Source: Ruminococcus albus 7 = DSM 20455 (lineage in GTDB: Bacteria > Bacillota > Clostridia > Oscillospirales > Ruminococcaceae). Taken from it: a stretch of DNA of 32,000 nt. Each line of letters opens with the position of its first letter. Within the stretch, counting starts at the first letter, position 1. The stretch covers positions 510,001 through 542,000 of the forward strand of contig NC_014833.1 in NCBI RefSeq assembly GCF_000179635.2. The letters run 5' to 3'. Of this stretch, positions 17,832 to 25,676 are shown piece by piece. The position numbers and the translations under genes were made by a program. A model generated the notes under the pieces. That model ran no database searches, was not told the DNA's origin, and saw only the letters and a list, made by a program, of their open reading frames with translations.

Positions 17832-18695
17832 ATGCGAAAATACAAATTATTGATAGTGGCTTTTGTACTTGTGGTGGTGGGTATGCTTTGCGGATGCAGC
17901 TACAACGAATCTATAGATATTGAATGTGATGGACTGGAAGAAGACGAAAGAGTATTTGTGCTGGTAAAACCAACAGATGATGATGAACTGAGAACGCCCG
18001 ATGATGCTGATATTACCGGTTCGGAGATATATACTGCGGGTAAAGACGGCTTTGTTTTGGCAGAACAGCTGCGTGAGCCTATTTCGGTAAAAATTAGCGA
18101 TGAACAGCCTCAGCTTAATTGCTCCCTAATTTTCAAAAATTCAGAATCAAGGAGAAATTTCTGCGAAAAACATAAGGTTATACGTCTGGCGGTGTGTGAC
18201 GACAGGTGGCGTATAAAGAAGATCAGCGATGATATCGATGTTTTCTTTCCCGAAGAATATGAGGTACTTGACGCAGGAAGATACTATGTTGGAACGGGTG
18301 CATTTGAAAATACAGATATAGTCAGCGCCATTGATACAAGCCGCGTGAGAGCGTCAGGTGCCGTCCTGTGTTTTGCGGCGTTCTTTTTGCTATGGCCGAT
18401 CAACGCAGTACAATTTATCGTTATGCTGGTGATGACTTCCAAAAAGCGACAATCAAAACCGAGGAATGTGTTTCTGTGGTTCGGGGTACTGAGTGTTCCA
18501 AACCTGTTTTTTTCAAAGCTCTATCTGAGCGCAGTGGACGTGTTCGATCTGATATTACATAATAGCCGTTCATTACCAGATGCTTTGAGCGGGTTATTGT
18601 TAATTGATTTTCCTTGGCTTGCGGAATTGCTGCTATTGCTTGTATGGTATATATTCCTCAGGCAGAAAGATGATGTGATGTATAAAGGATGTTGA
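17832..18695 (+). CDS. Hypothetical lipoprotein-like membrane protein
   Basis: The ATG at 17832 gives MRKYKLLIVAFVLVVVGMLCGC (signal peptide plus lipobox-like LCGC). The C-terminal third has about three hydrophobic helices. No family was recognised. Confidence 0.55.
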   Translation: MRKYKLLIVAFVLVVVGMLCGCSYNESIDIECDGLEEDERVFVLVKPTDDDELRTPDDADITGSEIYTAGKDGFVLAEQLREPISVKISDEQPQLNCSLIFKNSESRRNFCEKHKVIRLAVCDDRWRIKKISDDIDVFFPEEYEVLDAGRYYVGTGAFENTDIVSAIDTSRVRASGAVLCFAAFFLLWPINAVQFIVMLVMTSKKRQSKPRNVFLWFGVLSVPNLFFSKLYLSAVDVFDLILHNSRSLPDALSGLLLIDFPWLAELLLLLVWYIFLRQKDDVMYKGC

Positions 18696-18724
18696 AACGG
18701 AGATAATAAAACCGATATACTGTT

Positions 18725-18756
18725 TCGCCGCAGAACACTCTGCGGTGATTTTTTTT
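18725..18756 (+). terminator. Rho-independent terminator
   Basis: Stem tcgccgcaga / tctgcggtga followed by TTTTTTTT. Confidence 0.75.
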
Positions 18757-18902
18757 CGTGAGATACTACCTGTTGGGTCAGACTGATGACACAAAATGCT
18801 AAATATGCCGAATCTCAAAGAAAAGGGTTAGTCAATATGCTGTAAAAGAGGGGCGGGCTTTTGTGCAAAAGGGTAATTGTTCGTACACATTTTCATAAAA
18901 TA

Positions 18903-18932
18903 TTGACTTGATAAGCTCGGGTGTGATATAAT
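18903..18932 (+). promoter_or_regulatory. Putative strong extended -10 promoter of the dynamin operon
   Basis: TTGACT, an 18-nt spacer, then TGaTATAAT. Confidence 0.55.
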
Positions 18933-19026
18933 TTATAGTGATATAAAATTACTCGCTGCCACGATGTTCCGAACGGCTGCGGCAGTCTGAATGTGTATAA
19001 TATTTTTTGAAAACGGAGGTCAATCC

Positions 19027-21153
19027 ATGGAAAAGCAGATCAATTATGGAAGCTATGCAGGCTATAAGGAAACCGTAGGAAACCTTACTGCCGATCTGCA
19101 GGAGCTTCTGAAGCTCAGCGAAGAGATAGCTTTGGTCAATACCGCCGAATCTATAAAGGAGACGCTTGAAAAGGCTAAGGACGAGCATTTCGAGGTCGCT
19201 ATCGTCGGTGAGTTCAAGAGAGGTAAAAGTACGCTGATAAACGCACTCCTCGGTCAGGAAGTACTGCCTGCCGATGTTCTGCCTGCGACCGCTACCCTTA
19301 ACAGAGTTACTTACAGCACAGAGCCTTATGTTCAGGTCGAGTATAAGAATGGTGAATCCGAGCGTGTTGAGATAGACAGGCTTGAGGAGTATGTCACCAA
19401 GCTGACAAGTGAGTCTGAACGCAAGGCGGAAACTGTAAAGGAAGCAACGGTATACTACGATACCGAATTCTGCCGTAATAACGTGGATATAATCGACACT
19501 CCCGGTCTTAATGATGACGATCAGATGACAAATGTTACCATGTCTATCATACCCAAGATAGATGCGGCTGTTTTCGTTATAAGTGCGAATTCTCCGTTTT
19601 CACAGTTTGAGAAGGAGTTCCTCGAAAAGAAGATGCTTACCTCCGATGTGGGACGTATCATATTCGTTGTAAACTGTTTCGGTACCTTCACTCAGGACGA
19701 TGAGAACAAGATAGTTGAAACTGTACGTACCCGTATCGGTAAGTACGTTATGGAAAAGGCGAAGAAGGTCATGGGCGAGGACAGCCGTGAGTTCGCCGTA
19801 TATAAGAGAAAGATAGGCACACCGAGAGTTATCGGTGTGTATGCGAAGCGTGCCCTGACAGCTAAAACTTCGGGCGATCAGGCGCTGCTGGAGGAATCTA
19901 ATTTCCCTGAGTTTGAAAATGCACTTGAAACTCTGCTTACTCAGGAACGCGGTGTTATCACTCTCCAGATACTTGCAAACAAGATCACTAATTCGGGTAC
20001 CGAGATACTGCGTTCGATAGTAATGCAGGAGAATGCCCTGATGATGGCTAATGATGAATTCATGGAGAAGTACGATGCTGCCATCAAGGAGATCGATGAG
20101 ATCAGAAATATGAAGCGTTCTGAGTTCGTTAAGATCAATGACGCTGCTAATAAGGTGTTCGAGGATCTGCGTCCTGTACTTGATAATTACTGGAGCAATA
20201 TCGAGGAGGCAGCTATGGAAGTTATCGACAACTTCCAGATGTCTTCTGACGATTTCAAGAAGGACAGGCTCAAACTCGTAAGCTCCAAGCTCACCGAGAA
20301 GATCAAGGAGAGCATGGAAGTAAGAGCGCAGCTGATCTGCGAGCAGATACAGAACAGCATAAATCAGGCTGTAAGCGGTGAGACTGAGAGACTGCAGGAA
20401 TTCGAGGACGAGTTCTTCGAGAGCGTTGCAGCTATCCAGAGGATGTTTGCAGTATCCGACAGAGTATCTTCAAACGGCGGTACACTGGATAAGGTGATAG
20501 GTGCGGCTACCGGTGCTTACGGCGTAGGCGGTGTATATCTGGGATTCAGAGAATCAGGCATAAAGGGCGCACTGCTGGGCGGCGCTACGGGTCTTGCGGG
20601 CTTCTATGCTACCTACTACGCAGCTATGTTCTTTTCGGGCTTCTTCGGTCTGACAGGCGGTCTGCCGGTCATGCTGGTAATGATGGCATTTGCAGGTATC
20701 GCAGGTACCTTTACGTCTAACTTCGCAGTGGACAAGATACTCGTTCAGGAGAGGATAGATAAGTACAAGACCAACTTCAAGGCTAATGTCAAGAAGCAGT
20801 TCCACGAGATGAAGCTGAACAACGACTTCACTGAGACAGTAAGACGTCAGGTATTCTCCTCATTCGACAGCATCAAGAGCAAGATCGAGGAAGAGACCGA
20901 GATCATACTGAGGGATACACAGGAAACACTGGATAACCTCAATGATCTAAAGGCAGAGAAGTCCGAAGTATCCCAGAAGGAGATGGAAAGACTTCACGTT
21001 ATCGCAGAGACTGCCAGCAAGCTGGTTCAGGATGCTTATGCTGTAAGAAAGGTCCTCAACGACGAGATAAGCATAAACAATCCTCAGGCTGAAAAGACCG
21101 AGAAGACAGAACAGACCGAGCAGGAAGAAAAGGCAGAAAATACTGAAAAATAA
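19027..21153 (+). CDS. Bacterial dynamin-like GTPase with a C-proximal glycine-rich membrane-insertion region
   Basis: G1 GEFKRGKST (19207-19230), G3 DTPGLND (19495-19506) and a long helical stalk. A Gly/Ala-rich hydrophobic block of about 85 aa lies at roughly 20470-20735, followed by a coiled-coil and an acidic EKTEKTEQTEQEEK tail. A GGAGGT RBS precedes the ATG at 19027. Confidence 0.85.
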   Translation: MEKQINYGSYAGYKETVGNLTADLQELLKLSEEIALVNTAESIKETLEKAKDEHFEVAIVGEFKRGKSTLINALLGQEVLPADVLPATATLNRVTYSTEPYVQVEYKNGESERVEIDRLEEYVTKLTSESERKAETVKEATVYYDTEFCRNNVDIIDTPGLNDDDQMTNVTMSIIPKIDAAVFVISANSPFSQFEKEFLEKKMLTSDVGRIIFVVNCFGTFTQDDENKIVETVRTRIGKYVMEKAKKVMGEDSREFAVYKRKIGTPRVIGVYAKRALTAKTSGDQALLEESNFPEFENALETLLTQERGVITLQILANKITNSGTEILRSIVMQENALMMANDEFMEKYDAAIKEIDEIRNMKRSEFVKINDAANKVFEDLRPVLDNYWSNIEEAAMEVIDNFQMSSDDFKKDRLKLVSSKLTEKIKESMEVRAQLICEQIQNSINQAVSGETERLQEFEDEFFESVAAIQRMFAVSDRVSSNGGTLDKVIGAATGAYGVGGVYLGFRESGIKGALLGGATGLAGFYATYYAAMFFSGFFGLTGGLPVMLVMMAFAGIAGTFTSNFAVDKILVQERIDKYKTNFKANVKKQFHEMKLNNDFTETVRRQVFSSFDSIKSKIEEETEIILRDTQETLDNLNDLKAEKSEVSQKEMERLHVIAETASKLVQDAYAVRKVLNDEISINNPQAEKTEKTEQTEQEEKAENTEK

Positions 21154-21198
21154 TGAAGATGTGGATGCGCAGAACATTCCAATAAGGGAGGACACTCA

Positions 21199-22179
21199 AT
21201 GAGTGACATAAATGCGAAAGTCAATCCGCTTCTTCAGATCGACACGGGTTTTCGTTCTTACCTGAAAGCCTACACGAGGTCGTATCAAAGCCATATGGTA
21301 GACGGCAGTCTTGACTATGCCTTTGAGTCCGACTTTGCGGTAAGGCAGAAGATAATGAGTCTGGGGGGCAGCGCTAAGCTGTTCAAGGCGGTAAATACAC
21401 AGGATATATCGGCGGAAGCTAAGCATCTGTTCGTTAAGTGCGATCAGGTCGGACCGCTGAAGTATCCCGAGATATATGATAAGGTCAAAAAATGTGCTGA
21501 ACGTCTGGAACTTATCGTACCGATAGTATTCATTCGCGAGGACATGAACAGACCGCTGGCATATTCTATCACCAGCGATCTGATAGAGCCGTGTATAGTA
21601 CTGACGAAGCAGTTGGTAGAGCTATGCAGCGATGATGAGCTCATGCTGCTTATCGGCAGCGAATGCGGCAGGGTACAGAATAACCACTGTACCTTTAATA
21701 TGGCATATACTTACCTCAAAGTAAATAATGAGGTGTTCAGACCCGTTGAAAGGTTCTATACACAGACTATAGGCAGCCAGCTTTATTCTGCGCTGGTACA
21801 GTGGGTCAGATACGCAGATGTTACTGCGAACCGCGCAGGTATAATATGTCTGGATAAGCCCGGACAGTACCTTAAAATAATGTGCGGACTTTACCGTAAG
21901 GGATATGTGGATTTCTACGGCCGTTCCGGAGCAGGCATCAAATATGATGAACTGAGCTGGCTGAGTGAACAGATACACGGAAGTACTTCAAGAAATCTCA
22001 GCATCAGCAAGGATCTTACGGATATAGAGAGGAGCCTGCTGGCAAGTAATGAATTCTTATACTGCAAAACGCTTTATTCGTGGCGCGAGGACGTTGTGGA
22101 TATGGAGGGTCACGCTGAGAGCGGGCAGATATGTGACGTGCGCACAAGCGTTATCGTCGGGAACGGAGGTCAGCTATGA
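21199..22179 (+). CDS. Hypothetical protein resembling an M48 (HtpX/Ste24-type) metallopeptidase domain with a degenerate zinc site
   Basis: GGGAGGA RBS. DELMLLIGSECGRVQNNH (21658-21687 covers SECGR...H) aligns by eye with the M48 xxLxxVLAHExxHxxxxH region, with both His residues replaced (S and R). RYADVTANRAG (21808-21840) sits where the M48 SRxxExxADxxA motif lies. The stop overlaps the next start (ATGA). Confidence 0.6.
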   Translation: MSDINAKVNPLLQIDTGFRSYLKAYTRSYQSHMVDGSLDYAFESDFAVRQKIMSLGGSAKLFKAVNTQDISAEAKHLFVKCDQVGPLKYPEIYDKVKKCAERLELIVPIVFIREDMNRPLAYSITSDLIEPCIVLTKQLVELCSDDELMLLIGSECGRVQNNHCTFNMAYTYLKVNNEVFRPVERFYTQTIGSQLYSALVQWVRYADVTANRAGIICLDKPGQYLKIMCGLYRKGYVDFYGRSGAGIKYDELSWLSEQIHGSTSRNLSISKDLTDIERSLLASNEFLYCKTLYSWREDVVDMEGHAESGQICDVRTSVIVGNGGQL

Positions 22180-23948
22180 AAGATAATGAGAATGTAATGG
22201 CTGCCGACGAAAATATCAGTACTGTCAGAGAACAGCTCAGTGAGATAATCGAAGATGACAAGATAGCTGAGATACTTGGCAGGGAGTGCGTAGAGCAGCT
22301 GAAGGAGTTCAGGGCGCTGGTGGATAAAAGGCGCGAGGAGCCCTTCACGCTTGTAATACTGGGTGATTTCAAACGCGGCAAAAGCACGATAATCAATGCT
22401 CTGCTGGGCAAGAAGATCGCACCTATAAACGTTACACCCGAAACTTATACGATAAATGAGATCTCCTTTGGTCATACACAGACAGTTGAAGCTATACTTG
22501 AAAACGGTCAGAGAGTACCGCTGGTGCTTGAGGACATAACAAGAGAGAATCTTGAGAAGCGTATGAAGCTGTTCCCTGCGAAGATAAGCTGTGTACAGAT
22601 CAAGGATAATGCACCTATACTGAAAAATATAAGGATAGTTGATACTCCCGGTCTATCAGACCTGGAGAGCCTTGACAAGCAGGTGCAGGACTATATCGTG
22701 AATGCGGATGCAATAATGTATGCTGCAAGCTGTCTGCTGCCTTTTTCGGAATCTGAGCAGGTCTTTCTGGCAACACACGTATCGCCTCAGAGATTCGGTA
22801 TGCTGTATGTGCTGGTCAATATGATCGATGCGCTGAATACTATGGCAGACGTTAATAAAATAATGCGAAGATTCAGGGGCATCTCAGAGAGAATAGTGCC
22901 TAACGCTTTTGTGTACGGTATAAGCGGCGGTGATGAGCTGAAGCGTAAGCTTGGTGAAGAAAGACCCGCAGATAAAGGAACGAGAGAGTTCTATGAAACG
23001 CAGTTTTTCCAGTTTGAGCTTTCGCTGAACAGAGATATCATAATGCAGAAGGATGTTATACGCTCAAAGCGTGTACTGACTATGCTGGATCGTATGCACG
23101 CTGAGATAAGCTCGCGTCTAAGAATGATAAGTGATATGGCTGAGATGGACAAGCAGCTGCTTGAGGATAAGGCAAAGGAGTTCGAGCAGCAGTGCGATGA
23201 ACTTGCGGCTGAGCTTGAAAAGAGAAAGCCTGTGCTTCATCTTTCTATACTGGAGATGCAGCAGGAAGCGGAAACATGGATGTATGAGTTCTTTGCGAAG
23301 CTGAGGACGAGTATACTGGAATGCAGGGCTAAGGACGATATGGGCGAAGATATCTATTCGCCTGAGGATATAGAGAAGTATTTCTACTCATTCCTTATGG
23401 AAAAGGTAGGAGAAGCTTACCGTACCTGCATAGAGTGTCACAGAGATGCTATAACTGAGCTTACGGATAAGATGAGCCGTGAAATGGCAAGTGCACTTGG
23501 GATAACGAATGTAGCGGAAGTCAGCAAAGCACCGTCGGTAGACAGACTGATGATGTCAGCCAACAAGAACGTTACAAGAAGTGTTATGGGTGTCAAGCTT
23601 TTCGGTACAAGTGAGAATTTCTCACCTGCAGCGATGAGTACCTTCTCACTTATAATGAAGAAGAAAAAGCAGACGGATATCATAGATATCGCACTTGAGA
23701 ACTATGATGAGATAAGAATAAATATCGTCAAGGATATCAAGACCGTTTATCAGGATCTGGAAGTAAAGGCTATCTCCAGACTGGAAAGTCTTTACAAATA
23801 TCAGGTCGAGCTTAGCAGGAATGCTATAGATCAGGCTAAGGAAATGGTGGATAACGAGGACAAGAGCGAGCTTCTTGAAACCCTCGCAGATGCTTTGAAG
23901 CGTCTTGAAGCACCGAAGAAGATACTTGATGCTAACCTGCCTGCGTAA
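22176..23948 (+). CDS. Bacterial dynamin-like GTPase (soluble paralogue)
   Basis: G1 GDFKRGKST (22362-22385), G3 DTPGLSD (22641-22652), G4-like NMID, and a helical stalk. No long hydrophobic block. The ATG at 22176 overlaps the upstream TGA. Confidence 0.85.
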   Translation: MKDNENVMAADENISTVREQLSEIIEDDKIAEILGRECVEQLKEFRALVDKRREEPFTLVILGDFKRGKSTIINALLGKKIAPINVTPETYTINEISFGHTQTVEAILENGQRVPLVLEDITRENLEKRMKLFPAKISCVQIKDNAPILKNIRIVDTPGLSDLESLDKQVQDYIVNADAIMYAASCLLPFSESEQVFLATHVSPQRFGMLYVLVNMIDALNTMADVNKIMRRFRGISERIVPNAFVYGISGGDELKRKLGEERPADKGTREFYETQFFQFELSLNRDIIMQKDVIRSKRVLTMLDRMHAEISSRLRMISDMAEMDKQLLEDKAKEFEQQCDELAAELEKRKPVLHLSILEMQQEAETWMYEFFAKLRTSILECRAKDDMGEDIYSPEDIEKYFYSFLMEKVGEAYRTCIECHRDAITELTDKMSREMASALGITNVAEVSKAPSVDRLMMSANKNVTRSVMGVKLFGTSENFSPAAMSTFSLIMKKKKQTDIIDIALENYDEIRINIVKDIKTVYQDLEVKAISRLESLYKYQVELSRNAIDQAKEMVDNEDKSELLETLADALKRLEAPKKILDANLPA

Positions 23949-23954
23949 TAAAAT

Positions 23955-23988
23955 AAGCCCGCGGAAGAGATCCGTGGGCTTTCTTTTA
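23955..23988. terminator. Intrinsic terminator between convergent genes
   Basis: Stem aagcccgcgga / tccgtgggctt followed by TTCTTTTAT. Confidence 0.7.
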
Positions 23989-23998
23989 TGTTATAGTA

Positions 23999-25075
23999 TT
24001 ATGAGTTGCTAGTGATGATGTCAATGATTATCCTGCTTATTAGCACCAAAAGATATATTATGATAGCAGGTCTGGTAAAGACGGCTTTTGTCACGGCCTT
24101 TTTCTCGACGGATGACTGACCGTCATACGTCCCGAAATAGCTTGCTCTTGTCATTAGTACGTAGAATCCTATCATAGCAACAGCTATCTGCGCTGTGCTG
24201 TTTATGGTGTCGATATGAGGGATCTTCATTGCATTACCGATGGTATATATACTTACAACGGTATTGTTAAGTGCGTGTATTATCAGCGATGGCAGTATCG
24301 AGCCGCTGCCGACTGCGACACAGGCATACATAAGCCCTGTGCCAAATGCAGACACCGCCTGAGGGATATTGCCGTGCATCAGTCCGAAACACAGCGATGA
24401 CAGCAGTATAGCAGTAAATTCGCCGTATTTTGTAAGAGTTCCGAGTATCATTCCGCGGTATACGGTTTCCTCTATGAACGGTGCGATTATGCAGAGATAC
24501 AAAAATTCAAACAATATCGCTGCTGTCGATGGCGTTTTTATTGAGAAATCAGCTTCGGGGATGGTAACTCCTGCCGAATCCATGATATGGACAAAAGCGT
24601 TTATTGCCACTGACAGGAAAACATTTGCTACAAAGCAGGCAGGGAAGTAGTGAAGTCCTTTTTTTGCTCCGTCTGCCGATGGTTTCAGATATCCGTTAAA
24701 GCTGAAACCCAGGACGATGCAGCCGAAAAGCAGGGTGATGATAAGCGAAGTGATAGTTACGGACGAATTGAACACCATAGCGTATGTTGTGGATTGTATT
24801 ACATCCTTGTAATCGCTTTGCAGCAGCTCTGCCGCACTTGTGTACGAGAGCATCTTACCCGAAAGAAAACGGCAGCTAAGGATAATGAAGATCATGTTAA
24901 CGAAATAAGATGTCAGCAACCTGTATGTTATCAGCATGGCGCCAAGCTTCAGGCAATCGTTCTTCAATGCTGTCATATCAGTATTTTCTATGTTATGCTG
25001 AACATATGCTGTTCTGTTGAACAAAAAGCAATCAGCTCCTTTATTTATATAATATAACAGTATATCACATTTCAC
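23999..25075 (-). CDS. CPBP-family intramembrane glutamic endopeptidase (CAAX protease / Abi family)
   Basis: Motif 1 FIEETVYRG, motif 2 FGLMHGN, motif 3 IIHALNN, in a polytopic membrane protein. The start is uncertain: the GTG at 25075 opens the ORF, and the ATG at 24976 is an alternative. Confidence 0.85.
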   Translation of the reverse strand: MKCDILLYYINKGADCFLFNRTAYVQHNIENTDMTALKNDCLKLGAMLITYRLLTSYFVNMIFIILSCRFLSGKMLSYTSAAELLQSDYKDVIQSTTYAMVFNSSVTITSLIITLLFGCIVLGFSFNGYLKPSADGAKKGLHYFPACFVANVFLSVAINAFVHIMDSAGVTIPEADFSIKTPSTAAILFEFLYLCIIAPFIEETVYRGMILGTLTKYGEFTAILLSSLCFGLMHGNIPQAVSAFGTGLMYACVAVGSGSILPSLIIHALNNTVVSIYTIGNAMKIPHIDTINSTAQIAVAMIGFYVLMTRASYFGTYDGQSSVEKKAVTKAVFTRPAIIIYLLVLISRIIIDIITSNS

Positions 25076-25088
25076 TTCAAAAGTAAAG

Positions 25089-25338
25089 CCCTCGCGCGGG
25101 TACGCAGTACGTCATACGCATGGTAAGTTCGGGTAGTATGTTTCTCGGTGCCCATTGTAAGCTATAAAGAAGACCCGGTGACCCTCGCGCGGGTACGCAG
25201 TACGTCACGCCCATGGCAAGTTCGGGTAGTATGTTTCTCGGTGCCCATTTTAAGCTGTAAAGAAGACCCAGTGACCCTTGCGCGGGTACGCAGTACGTCA
25301 TGCCCATGGCAAGTTTGGAGAGTATGTTTCTCGGTGCT
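25089..25338. repeat. Tandem repeat with a 93-bp unit, 2.7 copies
   Basis: Units start at 25089, 25182 and 25275, each with ccct(c/t)gcgcgggtacgcagtacgtca. Copies 1 and 2 differ at about 7 of 93 positions. The third copy is truncated after ...tttctcggtgc. Confidence 0.9.
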
Positions 25339-25565
25339 GACAAATATAAATTAACGAACTGATTAAATATAGAACAACCGAAAAGTTCATAAAACTGATT
25401 TCTGAACCATTCAATGCTTTTCTTTTAATTGTCAGGCTTATAAATAAATGTAAAGGCGGATATATCAGGATCATACGTATTTAAGCTATTAATAGATATG
25501 GATAATACAGTACACTATCTTAATAAAAAATATCCATATTTTACGTCAAATGTGCACGATGTGAG

Positions 25566-25593
25566 TTGACCTGTGGATGATTTTTTGTATAAT
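25566..25593 (+). promoter_or_regulatory. Putative promoter of the xylanase gene
   Basis: TTGACC, a 16-nt spacer, then TATAAT. Confidence 0.45.
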
Positions 25594-25676
25594 GAAATAA
25601 CAAAATAAGGAACGTGCTAATTTTACTCAACAGAAAGTAAAAGTTTTTAGGCACGACGGAATAAGGAGGAATTAGT

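Noticed and set aside
23999-25075. CPBP/Abi-family protease considered as part of the dynamin system, or as an abortive-infection gene.
   Set aside because: It is on the opposite strand, convergent with the operon and separated from it by a terminator. CPBP proteins are very common housekeeping or immunity membrane proteases. Nothing in the sequence links it functionally to the dynamin operon.
25077-25354. 88-aa (minus) and 68-aa (plus) ORFs across the 93-bp tandem repeat; possibility of a CRISPR array.
   Set aside because: The open frames are a by-product of a repeat period divisible by three, and neither has an RBS. There are no unique spacers between repeats, the unit is far longer than a CRISPR repeat, and no cas genes are nearby.
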